Of a DNA stretch of 64,000 nt, positions 26,761 through 40,950 are shown piece after piece (positions within the stretch are counted from its first letter, which is position 1; the number at the start of each line of letters is the position of its first letter). A program made the translations under genes and the position numbers. The notes beneath the pieces are model-generated. The model had not been told where the DNA came from. It saw nothing but the letters and a program-made list of their open reading frames with translations, and made no database searches. This stretch comes from Epiperipatus broadwayi (taxonomy: Eukaryota > Animalia > Onychophora), in assembly GCA_028023455.1 (NCBI GenBank), contig JAQFVV010000005.1, positions 19,778,001-19,842,000 on the forward strand, written 5' to 3'.

Positions 26761-29700
26761 TGTAACACTTCCACAATTAATTTTATATACAATATCATTT
26801 TCATATTTTATATATTTTATTTTTAAGAATTTGTCTAGGTTTTTACTCTTTGACCATCCTATATTTATGGTTTATTTATATAATTTTTATATTTCATTAA
26901 TATATTATAAGTTTTAGAGTGCTATGAGAATTTTATCAATTTTTAAATTATTGTTATTATTTGAATTATTATTATTTAGTGTTATATAATTTAGATATAT
27001 TTTGTAATTAGAAAGTATATTTTTAATATTCTTGGTGTTTTATACATAATTTTTGTGTAAGTTGATAAACTTTTCCTTTTGTAAATTAATTATATTTTTA
27101 TCTGCATTTTATTCATCATTTTTACATTTAAACTTTTTAATAACCTCTATCTTTTATATTCTTACTTATTGTGAATCTATAGGAATTATTTTTCTGGATT
27201 TGTCTTCTTTAATGAAATGTTTTAATACAATTTTGTTATTTACTGTGTGAATGGAAGATTATAATATATATACTTTTATTATTTTTGCAAATACTTGGAT
27301 AGCTTTATCATAAAAAAACAAACAATAGATATCTCTATGTATGTAAAGTAAATTGAGAGTTTTTTTTATGTATTATTCTATTATAAATAAATATATATGA
27401 TTATCATTATTGTGCATGATTTTTTAAAATATTATTTATTTAAAAATTATGTGAAAAATAGTATAATGGATTACATTTATTACCATTTTTGATGATAATT
27501 AAACTATATTGAAATATTATTATATTGATTTCTATTAGTGTGTGTGTAAGAATTAATATTCAGTTGTTTTTATGATGTAATTTTCTTTAACTGTTGTTTA
27601 TATATATAACATTCTTTTTTTTTTTTAATTTATATTTTTAAATGTATATATTAATTTAAATGTGACATTTATTTATTGAATGCCAAGATTTGTGATGATA
27701 TTATTTTATTTGTAGTTATATGTTAGACTGTGTACTAAACTAGTTGAATTGTTAAATGTTTTGGGAAAAATTCAAACTTTATTTATAGTAATATACAAAT
27801 TAGTATGTTTTATACTAACCTGGGTGTTATTATTAAATAGATATGTGTAATATATTTGAAAAAATACAAATAAAGTTGGATTTTTTCTAAAAATCTTTAA
27901 AATTCAATTAGATGATGGAAATAGCCAAACATATAAGATTAAGTACCTGCTATTATTTAAGGATTTGAATTTTTTTTTGAACAACTTTACAATCAAACAG
28001 CTACATTAAAAAATATATTTATTTTATCATTTGATTGCATGTATGCGTATGCCTTTTTTTTTGATGGGTTAGAGCTAATATTTTACGTAAGATTTATTCA
28101 CATAAATTATTTTATGGTCATATAGTAAATAAAATAAATGAATAATATTCATCTAAGTTAAATATATATATTATTATTACAATATTTGCCCACTATGCCC
28201 ACAATATAGGGTTTGAATTCAGGCTTAATGAAACTTGAATTTTTTTTTAAAAGATTCTATGAGAGCTTAGAATTTGTTTCTTAGGTAAATAGTATGTAAT
28301 TAATCCAATGTTATCCGATTATTATTATAAATATTTATAATTGTTTTTTATTGTGTTCTTTTAATATGATCTGGATGAATGTAGTTTGGTTAAATTTTCT
28401 ATAATACTCTAAGACTCTTCTTCATGGCAAGTACTGTTTTTTTCTATTGCCATTTGCCTCTCTATAACTTTAATTCACTTTTTCTTTTCCTGTTGTCCAT
28501 CATGTTTTTAGCTATTTTTTGTCGTGATCCTTTTATTTTCTATTTAATATAGCAACTGCTTGTGAAAGTAGTACTTGTTGTATGGGCTTTATTTTATGAT
28601 ACTAATAATTATATCTGTCAGTATGTATTTAATAACATACTTGTAGTAAATAAATGCATTAATAGATTTCAAATATGTTAAATAAGATTTGTAATTCAGA
28701 AAACTGAATATTTATTCACACAAATTAAAAAAAGGCAAGAACAACCTTATATCAAGGATTGTTAATGATGAGCAAACCTATCATTGAGAATTATTTTCCA
28801 AGTGATTAATGTACATTTTTTCTTCACTATGAAAATGAAAAAAAAAAAAAAAGCAGCTGTGTGTCAGATGTAAATGCTTATTTTATTCTATTGTGCACTG
28901 GCTTCTCTTTGCAGAATTCATTGATTTTTACATACTGTCTTCAGTGACTAATTCAAATGTTCTTTTTATTAAATTTAATTATATATATATATTTTTTACA
29001 ATATGCAACACAATTTTTTTAATCATTTGATAGCCTCTTTTAGTGGCGAATAATAGAAAAGTATCTACTAATACTGAGATTGTTATCATTTTTTCTGCCT
29101 TGTTGAATGTCTTGACAGATTCAAAATTATGAGTTTTAAAATCAAACATCTATTCTTTAGTAATTTTGTTTGTTTATTCATTAAAAAAGCATTTATATAT
29201 ATATATATAAAAATTATTTTACTTGTAAATTCAGAAGTTTTGTTTTTTAGCAAGATTATTTATGTCAAAATAAAATTTTTTTTTACTCGATCTTAAAAAT
29301 GTTCTATTTTATAATTTTTTTAAATATTGTTTACATATGTTATCTATTGCAAAATTTTATTTCATTGAATTATTTTCCTATCAATTTCTTATAATTCAGA
29401 TTTTTTTTTTTTTTTTATTGATATTGCATTTCATATTTTTAGACCATTTTTTTTATTATCCATTTTTTTAAAGATATTTTTTTGCATTTGTGCATTTTAA
29501 CACTTGGTTAGTGACAGACTCAAGACATAAGAATTTTTAGTTCAAGTTCATCTTATTATTTATAGTACGTAAATGTCAAATGATCACAATTATTAACTAT
29601 TTGATTAGTTTTTATAGAAGATATTGAGGTGGGGGATAAAAATAAAACATTTAATATTGGACAAAAATGATAATTTGAAACATAGCAAACATTATGAATT

Positions 29701-30950
29701 ATTTTGTGGCTTTAGTTTGTACAAAAAAATGTTAGAAAGTACCTATCAAACTTGTTGAAAAAACTCATAGTGTCAGGTTGTTATTGTTTTTAATCAAAAA
29801 TAATTTTTAAAAATATGAACGATTATATATGTTAAAAATAGGATTTTCATATATATAATAAAAATTTTATCTTGGTTTCTGATTATCAATATAATAATAA
29901 AAATAAAAGCATTAAGAACAAAGTATAGATAAAATAATTTTTAGGAATAGTAATGGAAAAACAAGCTAGAAATTTGCAGTATAAAAAGACTATTCATCCT
30001 ATATGTCTTTCCCTTTTTATTAAAATTTAATACATTTTGGATATGTGATTGCATTTTGGAAATGATTGGTCCGCATGGTATAACTCCATTGAGAAAAATA
30101 ATTTGATAGTTAATTACTCAAATATGAATTAAATCTGCTTTAATTTGTATTTGCTTTGCTAGTAAAGGATTTACATGTATAATCAGTATTAGCTCTTAAG
30201 ACTTTACATTTCTAGAATAAATTATTGCATATGTGCATACTCAAAAAAATAATTGAAGGTTAGTTAAGCAGAAGATCATGTGCATTCTGCATTACAAGTA
30301 ATAGAATGAGCTCCAATTCTGGGGTCTATCAAATAGTTAGTGCCTTAAGAAATCATGTGACATTTGAGCAGCAGATGTGAAAGATTTAACTTTACTCCTC
30401 TACAACACCCAGGTCTTGCTTTTTTTTATTTTATTGATTATAACAAATATATTATTATCAGTGACTAATTTTTTGATACTTTACTTTGCCACTTTATTGC
30501 ATTTTCCAACTATTTTTATATCATCATCATCTATTGATTTAAAAGCAATATTTTGTCATTTATCTGAAATAGACCAAAAATATAGTGGAAGCTGATTTTT
30601 TTTTTATGTAATCGAAGCAAAAAATGTTAAAATGTTGTATATCATAAATTTTAAGAAAACAAAATTTATTTTTTTAAAAGCATAAAGTACTGTTTATACA
30701 CAAACCATTGCAAAGTTTTTCAGATATATACACAGAAATTTGAATGAAGTAGTGACTGTATTTTATATAAGATGAAGTTATATAATAATTGAACAACATT
30801 TAGAAGAATATTCATACATTCTTGAAGAAAGAAAGTTTTCAAACTCTTTGAGGAACATCAGTGAAGAATATTATTCTTTGATTTATTTAAAAGTGCTTAA
30901 CAAACTCAATAACCAAATGAACAATGTTTTCCAAATATTTGAATACGCAG

Positions 30951-31155
30951 ATAATTCTATAATTAAAACACTTCAAACAATTAAAAGTCTCATTTCCCTC
31001 TTTTCTTTACAAAAACTTTCAAACAATTAAAAGTCTCATTTCCTCTTTTCTTTACAAAAACTTTATTTCTTGTATACACAGGAAATAAAGTTTTTGTAAA
31101 GAAAAGAGGAAAATGAGACTTTTAATTGTTCGAAGTGTTTTAATTATAGAATTAT
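30951..31155. repeat. Near-perfect fold-back palindrome with 46-bp tandem duplication in left arm
   Basis: Arms ataattctata...ttatttcttgt / acaggaaataa...tatagaattat around a 4-nt loop (atac); unit ttcaaacaattaaaagtctc...aaaaact repeated at 30972 and 31018. Confidence 0.9.
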
Positions 31156-31299
31156 GTGTTTATAAGTAATGTACATTTTGAAAAGGAAAAAAGGATCGAG
31201 TGGTGATTAGAAGGTTTTAAACAGAAGTAAATGGATTTGAATAAAGCTGAATGAATTTAAACATTTATATCATAGAAATTGACTAGTGTGTGAAAATTT

Positions 31300-32000
31300 G
31301 TTTGCGTCATGGATTAACTTTGTCCATTATAAATTTCAAATAGTCTGCAGTTGCAATCTCTTCATAAAGAGAATGATTGGACAAGAAAATACCATGATAT
31401 AGTTTCCAAATTAGAAAATTCTTTTCTCATGTTTTATATTTGAGAGAAGATAATCTGCGTTTTAGACCATTTTGGTAATTTCCAGATAAAAATTCGCTCA
31501 TTGGTTGTGAAATGTGTTTATACATTATCTAATCATGTAATGTTTTTTCCATTCATTAACTATTTCTTATGCCTGAATTACCACAATTGTATTTCATAAC
31601 ACCCATGTTAAAAAACCAGTATTGGGGAGCCAAAATATTCAGGTGATGTATTGTCTACTGCAGTGATTTGTTCCTCTATGGATTTAGGAGTTTGGGTACA
31701 ATCTTAGTTTGTAAATTTTTTCCACAATTATTTTAACAGGTTTATTTCTCTTTTAAGATTGTTAGTCTTGAAAATTAAACTTGGGAACTGATGCTTTATC
31801 TAACAGAGCATCAATAAATTTAAGTCTTTTTAAACTCCCAAGAGTTGTTTTTAGGAATAGTAATTAACTCTTTATAATCTATTTCAAATTAAGCCAAATT
31901 TGCTTCATTATTCTGTAAACAGAAAATATTCTCATTCCTTCACAATAAAGAAAAAGTTGTAAAATTATTAACAGGCAGCATTTGAATCTTCCCTCCCCTT
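31300..32000 (-). mobile_element. Decayed Vingi/Ingi-like endonuclease-linker fragment
   Basis: Degenerate remnants resembling the PVK.RWNF.KANW linker region; heavily mutated. Confidence 0.4.
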
Positions 32001-32730
32001 ACTACTAATATCTGTTTTTTTAGCAATTGAAGTTTGATTATATGTGTTTATAAAAATAAACTAACAATCATTGCATAATTACAATTTAAACTGTAGAACC
32101 TATAGTTTTTGAATTCATACTAATTAGTAAGATTTTTTTTTTATTGACTTGATCCACATTAAATGAGAAACATTTAAAATATTACAAAGGATGCGCTACT
32201 GTTAATGGAGGGGAGGGGATAATTAAATGAAATACTAATAATGTCATGAAAAACCAGTTAACACTTAGACACCCAATATCAATAACAATCAACAATTTCA
32301 AACTGTTGTCAAGGCAACCTCCTTTTAACAATAAAGGTGGAATCCCACCTTTATTAATGGTCTAATATACTTAGTAGACAATAAAGATTGTAATTTGATC
32401 ACAGAGATTGAAATTATTGATACAAATAATTATAAATGAAATTATTGATACAAATAATTCTAAATAAACCTCTTTAAACAGATAAATATAACCATTCTAA
32501 ATGCAGACTAATATATAGTCAATTATAACATTACAAACTGCAGTTATAAATTTCAAATTGCACCCAAAGTATTACTTAAATTATAAGTCTAATAATGCTC
32601 AAGGCTAAATGGTTTTGACAACAATTTGAAATTGCTGATTGTTATTGATTATTATGATTGTCTAAATGTTGACTGGATTTTAATAATTACTTACAAACTT
32701 GTTTTTTATGACTATTATAAAAATAAAATA

Positions 32731-32775
32731 ACACCAATGTTTCGACTATTTTATAATATAGTCTTTTTCAAGAAA
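32731..32775 (-). ncRNA. Second, partly decayed U3-A8 hammerhead motif
   Basis: Minus strand: TTTC-TTGAAAA-A-GACTAT-ATTATAAA-ATAGTC-GAAA-CA-TT-GGTGT; perfect 6-bp stem II, but stem I and stem III weakened. Confidence 0.5.
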
Positions 32776-33229
32776 CACTAAAAATTAAAAATACAAATAT
32801 ATAATAATAAATATAAAATATCACATATTCCAAACAAATCCAAAAACATTAAAAAAGCACTAAAAAATTCTCTTTACCTCAACACTTTTTAAACATTGGT
32901 GTGTTATTTTATTTTTATAATAGTCATATAAAAAAGTTTTAAAAAGAAGTTTGGTGTATTCATTTATATATATGGAAAATTATGAACTATTTTTGAAAAG
33001 AAAAACTGTGTAAATGATGTTTTAAAATGTGTTATTTAAGTAATACTATGTGTGTAATTTGAAGTATATAATTGCAGTTTGTAATGTTATAATTGACTAT
33101 ATATTCATCTGCATTCAGAATAGGTTATATTTTTCTGTTTAAAAAGATTTATTTAAATTTCTTTTCATCAGTAATTTCAATCTCTGTGGTCAAATTGCAG
33201 TCTTTAGTGTCTACATAAATATATTAGAC

Positions 33230-33703
33230 CAGGGGTGGGCAATTGTTTTGGCTCAGGGGCCGCAGAAGTTGGTGGAGGGCCGCATCGGGGGCCACTTTGT
33301 GGAAGCGAAGGTTAGTGGAGGGCCGCACCTTTTTTCCATGACACAGTAAATACACTGCTTTATTCCCCGTATTACCAAAAAAATATTTGTTTGTTCATTC
33401 TTCATTAAACACACGACATTCATCATCGATTTTACTTTTTTTGGAGGGTTGATGGTTTTACTAAAGTTGGAAATGTATATATATATGCTAATGCAAAGAC
33501 AAAATTGAAATTAACCAAATCAACTGGAAAAGCACTGCACATCATATCTACACTGCACATGTGTATTGACGTGGCCATCCTAGTGGAAAATACAAAATGA
33601 ATCTTCAGTCGCGCATGGGAAGGAAATCTCAGTTCAAGGCGGAATTTTCTGATTGTCTTGGAGGGCCGCATGTGGCCCTCGGGCCACTATTTGCCCACCC
33701 CTG
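33230..33703. mobile_element. hAT (Charlie-like) MITE, 474 bp
   Basis: TIR CAGGGGTGGGCAA ... TTGCCCACCCCTG; 8-bp TSD tattagac/tattagat; subterminal GAGGGCCGCA repeats; interrupts the right arm of the inverted relic. Confidence 0.9.
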
Positions 33704-36700
33704 TATTAGATTGTTAATAAAGGTGGGACTCCAGCTTTACTGTTAAAAGGAGGTTGCCTTGACAACAGTTTGAAAGTGTTGATTATTATTGATATTGGGA
33801 TTGTCTAAGTGTTGACTGGTTTTTAGTTATTACTTAAAAACCCATTTAGCTTTGAACATTATTACACTTATTATTTAATATATTTGTATCATTACAGATT
33901 ATATATTTATCTACAATATAAATTCTTATAAAGTTACAGTTGTGTCTTGATTTTTAGTTTATTTCAGTTAATCCATTTAAATTATTTCTTTAGATGTTGT
34001 ATATGTCTGTTATAATACTATCTGACAGACAATAGAAACTGATTTCAATGATATTTATATATTTTGAATTCTAATTTATTAATGCCTATACTAATAATAA
34101 TGGTAATGATGATGATGATGATTTATGAAACTTTCTTTCCTCCATTTTGTTGGCACCTCCATGTAGCTACTGAGGTTTACTTATCTGAAGATCCACCTCT
34201 CTCTCCAAAGCCATGCTATGCTTGAGTAATTGTTGGATAGTAATGTTTTACATCTTCAGATTAATTTCTGGCTAATAGCTTTGTGAAATTGGATTTTCGA
34301 TTACTTATGTTTATATGTTTGTTTATTATTCAATTTGATAGATGGTTTTGGAGTATGTAAGCAAAGAAAATTGTGTAATATTTTGCTGGTATATACTATC
34401 ATAATCAAGGAATGAAAGGTGTCTATTAAATTGAGTTCATTGGCTAATGTCAGTCAATTTTTTTTTTTTTGTATATTCTTATAATTCTCTAAGTAGTAAT
34501 AACTTGTGTAAATTAAATAAACTAAGATGGTTGCTATATGCAAGCTGCTTTCTGTGGAAAGCCATTAGCTAGAAGCAAGTGGATGATGTGGATTATATGC
34601 TATTCATAATTTAGTGCACTGACAGAGTGGCAGACTCTAGTTTAGGAATTCTTAACCTTGACTTACATGGCACTTGCAGCTCTTTGATCCCATGTTTGTA
34701 ACTCTATCACGATAAACATAAACACATTTTTTATTTTTACTTGTAATTTGTAAATAAATATTTTCATGACTTTAGCAGAGGAAAAATGTTCTTTTTCACA
34801 TTCCTCCTTTGATTCAATCTTATTATGGAATGATAATAACAATATTACAATAATAGCAATTTATGAATAAATCAAATGGCCAAAGTAATTTGTTTGTTTT
34901 TAAGAGAACAATAATTTTTGTTATACAAACAAATTCTATTGTGTTCTATTACTAAAATAAATGTTCAAATACAAGTACAATCATTACTATATTTTTCATC
35001 AATCGATTTTTTATCTCTTTCCTTGAGGCTCTTAATTTTTTTGATCAGCATATTTAAGAAAAAGGCTCTTCATGCTAAAAAGATTAATGAATCTTGCTTT
35101 AGACTTAAAGATTTATGGTTCACAGTTCAATTGTTATTTTCCATATTTGAATGTTATATGATTTTCTAAATGATAAACCATTCAATTATTTTTATTTTTT
35201 TATAATAATAATTGTTAGTTTCTATTGATTATTCAAGTTTTCAATAGATGACTTTTGAGTAAATTATTACTCTTAAAAGCATGTGATGGTACTATTAATA
35301 AACTGAAAACAGTCATATGATAATACTGTTAGTAGATTGAAAATTTTGACATTTTTTTAATGGGCTTATAAAATTGACTTCAATTTTCTATCAGATACTT
35401 TTTTATTACCTTCAAGTTCTGTCTGTAAAGGAAAATGGGTTTTATTGGTGGTGTTTTTTTTTTTTTTAATCACTGCAATTAAAGTATGGAGTTAAGATGA
35501 CAGTTATTATTATTACTTTGTCCAAACCAAACCATGTTACTAAATATAGATTTATTTTTCATTATTGCCTAACTTTTCAAAAGAATTATATCATTGTTTT
35601 AAGATTGTATGTTGAAATTTTATTTATGTTTTATAAATACATATGGAGATCATTGTCTTATAGTAGCATCATATAGTTGAAATAATAAGGTAATGTTTTC
35701 ATAATTGTTATAATGACATTTATATAGAAAATGCTCTTTTCTCTAGGAAATGCACATTTAGAGTATTTTGATTCCTTTCCAATATTTTAGCAATTGTAAA
35801 CTTGGTAACTAATACAGATTTAATTTCCATAGAAAATCAAAGTATTTGAATTTTAGAAAAGAAATTTTTAAATATTTGCAGTAAACTTTTTGAAGTAAGT
35901 TGAAGTCTTGCAGAGTGTGCAATTATTTGACTAATAGGTAAGCTTATATATAAACCAGTAGAATCGTTTTTTTATTGCAAAAGGTTAAGGCAAAAATTGC
36001 AGATTATGAACATATTGCTGAGGGTGTTGTATGTGAAAGTAGAATTATTGAGTGATCCAAATGATTGAAAAAAATATATTGGTGAGATTGTATTATAAAA
36101 GCAATTCTAATGGTTGAAAATGGGTTGGGGGAAGATTTACTTTAAGTTAAAATCTTTTTTTCTTATTTAATATTCCATATATCAAAGCATTGATCTTTTT
36201 ACAATTATTTGCTTTTTGGTATACTAGATGCACACTTGTACATCCTTCTCATTATTAATATTTCAAGTTACAAAAATCTATAACATTACAAACATTATTT
36301 AAAATAGTGATTCAAAGTAACTCTGTAAGGTATTTGTTCTTAATAATCTTCAATGTAATAAATGACTAATTTTTTTTTCTTCTCCATATTTGCCACTCAT
36401 TGTGAGCTTGAATAATCAAAAGATGGTACTGCTTATTTAATGCCTAGCCAGTACTACTTTATCTTTATCCCCTGAATAGCTTTTAGCTTATGGCTTTCAT
36501 TTGTGAGAAATGAAGTATCTCCTCACTAAAGAAAGCCAGATGGTAGAAACTAGGCTGGGGATACAGTTATTGCAACACTAGATAGAGATTTATAAAGCAC
36601 TGACATCTATTGATTACTCTCAAATTAATACTAGATAGTAGAACTGGAATAAAAAATAGATTTGCTCCAATATAAACTATTGTTAAAAATAATATATAAT

Positions 36701-36779
36701 AAATGCTGCTTTATATTATATATAGTATCATGTAAACTTGGATGTCCTATACAATTTAGTGCAGCTATTGGATGATATA

Positions 36780-37130
36780 TTCAGATCTAAGATTGATTTT
36801 CGTACGAGTAAAAGTGAAAAAAAAAAGTCATTTGAATGAAATTTGTTGGTGCTCAATTGAAACTTGATGCTTTAACTTTATTGACATAAATGAAAGACTT
36901 AAGAGATTGAAATGGAAATGGGCTGGACATATTTCTAGAAGAAATGATAATAGATAGATAGTTGAAGCCTTAAATGATTTAGAAAAAGACCGTATGTGAT
37001 ATGTCTAAATGAAATAAGATTTGCTTGAGTGATATGGAGAAGAGAGGGTGTGAATTGGAAAAGTTGGATTAAACTTGTGATCTTCATTCTGCAATAGATC
37101 AGTTGTAGTTGAAAACGATGACGGTCTTCT
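36780..37130 (+). mobile_element. Decayed RTE 3' fragment
   Basis: KWKWAGHISRRNDNR remnant at ~36910-36955. Confidence 0.7.
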
Positions 37131-38329
37131 CAGCAACTAAGCATTCATATTATATTTTATAATTGTTTCACCAACTTCATTCTCTAGTCATGAGTTGTGA
37201 AATATCAACTCTAGGCATATGCACAAGTTGTTTAAAACCAAAGAAAGAAGTAACACATTTTGATCTTTACCTACTTTGTATGACTTAAAAGCAGATTGTA
37301 CAAGATATAGACTATGAAGATAATGTGAAGCGGATGATAAATTAAAAAAAATTGGAATATAAACTACTAATGAAAAATGCTCATATGATTTACCCTATAG
37401 AAATATTACATAAGTTTTCAATTTAAATTTATGAAAATGATTATAATTGTAAAAACTGCTCATATACCCTATATATTATAATTGTAAATTAAACTTGCCT
37501 ATTTGTAAAACTGCACAAAAACCTCTAGAGAACAAGAATACAGAGGAAATTTTTATTATTATTGAATGCTGTTGTTTTGATTCTAACATTTATTTATCAG
37601 ATTTTTTTTTATCAATTTCAGATTGTTAAATTTTTATAATTTTGAATTAAATTTAAAATAAACTTAGCAATTTGTAAGCCTATAACAATTAAAAATACTA
37701 AACGGAGACCCCTAGTAATAGTTATATTTTATAAACATTTGGATTTAATTTTGAAATAAATCTGCACTATTGAAGATTTATTTGAACTTTATATTCTTGG
37801 ACACTCTCCCCTCCAGCTTATATATATATGTTTAGCTTTATTACAACTATATATCTCTTTCTATATGACTGTATTTTTATTCATGACAAAAATTTTAAAA
37901 TTTCCAAATGGGATATTATCTATCAGACATTTTGCAATCTTTCCTGTAAATTCTATTTTCAAGGGATTGATACATTTTAATTGAAGATTTAAGAAATAAA
38001 ATATAATTATTGTTAAATTTGTTTTACTTTGAATGTTTGTAAACCATTTTAACTATTTATTTAAATACTTTTTGTTTTAGATGTTGTTTTTTCTTTTCCT
38101 GCTAGATATTATATTTACCAATACTTGTTCATATATTTATTGCTGTATATATTCAAATTTGAGAGTGACAGTATATTAGATTACTAAATTAGTACAAAGA
38201 TATGCTAATAAAGTATTGAGATTATTATTTATACAGTTATCTTGTTTAATTGAAGTTGTGATATTACTTTTTAAAATCTATTTTTGATGAATGATTTTGA
38301 TTATTATTATTATCATCATCATCATCATT

Positions 38330-39760
38330 ATTATGATGCCTAGAATATTGATTGAAGACTGATAAGTCTGTAATTTCTAGTATCTTTGTTATTGTTTTTC
38401 TTAAATGCCAATATTTCTAGTGCACTCTTGCAGTGTATCTGGTATATCTTTATCATTTCTTGGAATTTTTTCATTTTTTATAGATGTAATTGCTTATCTC
38501 AGCTTTACTTAAGATATTTGGTATTTCAGATGTACTAATTGTAGCAATTACTTTGTTTTCTTGTTTTTTATTATTATATAATTTTTTATAAATTCTTCCA
38601 CCATATTTCATGATGTAAAATCCCTCTTTTTAATAATACATACATCTATTTTTCTTATGGACAATATTCTTTCTAATACCAAGATATTATTTTACATTTT
38701 GAGACTTTTATTCTCTTCTATAGTTTTCCTTGGCAATTCACACCTATATTTTTTTAATATCATTATTAACTTCTTTTTTTTTAAAAAAAAAACTAGATAT
38801 TTAATTCATTATAATTGATCATTTTAAAACTTTATCATATTTTTCTTTTCTTCACACATTGTTTTGTCTTAATAGAAAATTTAAAGATAAATTGATGCTT
38901 TTTTGTTCCATAATATAGTAACATTTATCTTCTTATTGATTTCAGTCTAGTCTGATTGCTTTTCAAACACTTAATATTTTAAAATGATTTGCAAGTTTTT
39001 TTAAATTTATTGGAGTGTTTCTGAAGATTATAAATATCAACTATTAATACTGTCTTTCCTAATAGTTTACATCTTTCTAGTTTTGCTTTAACACGAATCT
39101 TATATTTCACAAATGAATGGTCACTTTGTGTGTTGAATCTATTAAGAACATTACGATCTTGAAATCATATTTTCTGTTAGGTAAAATGTAATCAAATTCT
39201 GCTGTACCTTCATTTGTATGCTTCCATGTCTATTTTTATTTAGCATTTTTCTCAGAGAAAGAATTCATAATATACAATTTTTTTTTTATATGAATTCCAC
39301 AAGTCTGTATTCTCTCACTTCTGTCACTATAACCAAATATATCTAAAGTAGTTTATCATTCAATTGTTTACCAATTCTAGTCTTAAAGTCTCCTATCACA
39401 ATTTTAAAATACTGTTTGATATAATGAAAAGCCTTTTGTACATCTATATATATGTTTTCTATTTCTTCATCACAAAGAGAACCTGTTGATATCTTCCAAT
39501 AAAGCGAATAACTAATATTGCCTTTCTGTCTGATGTACTGTCAATCTAGATAGTGTTGTTTATCTATTTTTTATTTGTAATAAATTTCACTCCACTTGTG
39601 CTTCCAATATCTGAGCATTTTTTTATTATCCTTTTTTTAATTTATGAAATTTTTCTTCATTTGAAAGAGATCTGTAGTTGTAGGTATCCAAATAAAAGAT
39701 TGTTATTGAATGGCAACCTGAAGAGGAATTCTTAGTAACCTCTGCTTTGACCATCAATTA
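38330..39760 (-). mobile_element. Decayed RTE endonuclease region
   Basis: Minus strand IVIGDFK, EFDYIL, VLNRFNTQSDH motifs. Confidence 0.65.
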
Positions 39761-40411
39761 CTGTCTTAGTTTGTGACTTCATAATCTGGGAATAAGGGCC
39801 ATAATTTAGTTATGTCTGCTATGATTATATATATGTAAAAAATGAAAAGGATCATTTACATGCGCATTTAAGTTGCTTTAAGAAATACAATTGATATTTC
39901 ACTTAAGATCTATAAGGCAACTGAGAAGAAAGATTATGGGCTTTCTTGATCTTCTCAAAGGTAGAAAGCCAATACATTCCTCATTTTGGCTGATATCTGT
40001 TGATGAGCATCTCATCCATGTTGTGAATAGTTATATAGTAATAATAGTTGCAGCGACAAGAAAATATAGAATCGACATTAGAAATTTGTCTTGCTCACTT
40101 TGTTCAAGTTCTTAAAGAATAATCAAATGGTCTTTCAGTTGGCAACAGATTTTTTATTTTATATATAAATAGCAGCTATGAAATATGTAGCTCTGAGAAT
40201 TAAATAATATTTATGGGGAAGTAATCTCTGAATGTATTTGTTTATTTCTTCATAAATATTATCATGTATTCTCACACTATGTATTTGACAGCCATTATTT
40301 ATTTACACTATTAATAAAATCTGCATTAATTGGATAGGAAGTTATTTTCATTAAAATCAAAATATAAAATTTTATTATAGTTTATTTATATAATGCTTGA
40401 CTACGTATGTC

Positions 40412-40543
40412 AAGGGAATAAATCTTAGGTTATGCACTTTTCAAGAATTTACACGCACTCATCTGTAAGCATCAGTTTAAAAAGCATAAGTGGAGAGTGC
40501 ATATAAATTCTTGAAAAGCGCTTGGCTTAAGATTTATTCCCTT
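40412..40543. repeat. ~50-bp-arm inverted repeat (MITE-like hairpin) ~330 nt upstream of PHD1 exon
   Basis: aagggaataaatcttaggttatgcacttttcaagaattta..gcactc vs gagtgc..taaattcttgaaaagcgcttggcttaagatttattccctt. Confidence 0.75.
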
Positions 40544-40874
40544 CTCTATATTATAAAATCTCATTATGTTGTCTTCATAATAATAGAATAATTATTAATT
40601 AAATTTCATTATAGTCGCTGAATTAAAAGAAGAAAAAAACTTTAAAATAAACTTGTTTTTTTTTTTTTGTACAGTTATAGTTTTATTCAAATAAAACATT
40701 AGTAGAACAAAAACAGTTTATGTTAAGATTTTGTTTTGCATATGCTTCAAGTAAACATCTAATAGATGTACCAAATATCTTAATTATAATAGTTTCACTA
40801 ATGGCATTATATTAATTAAAATGAAACATAAATTGTGGAAATAGAAAATAATTTTTGTTTGTTTGTTTTTGTAG

Positions 40875-40950
40875 TGACCCTCCACTTGCAGAAGATGATT
40901 TACCATCAGGGGAGTGGATTTGTCATCGTTGCAGAGTTTTTCCCAAAGAG
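40875..40950 (+). CDS. PHF12: Coding exon of PHF12/Pf1-like gene: C-terminal half of PHD finger 1
   Basis: tttttgtag acceptor and GAG|gtaaat donor; 76 nt (1 nt + 25 codons) reading DPPLAEDDLPSGEWICHRCRVFPKE, matching the PHD1 end motif (P-P-L...P.GEW.CH.C) of PHF12. Confidence 0.92.

Larger units (their letters stand above)
32249..33880. mobile_element. Rearranged inverted-repeat relic, probably PLE pseudo-LTR derived
   Basis: 32249-32580 is the reverse complement of 33035-33222 + 33704-33824; further inverted sub-blocks at 32616-32670/32249-32310, 32700-32741/32891-32935 and 32577-32613/33841-33880; contains hammerhead motif. Confidence 0.6.
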
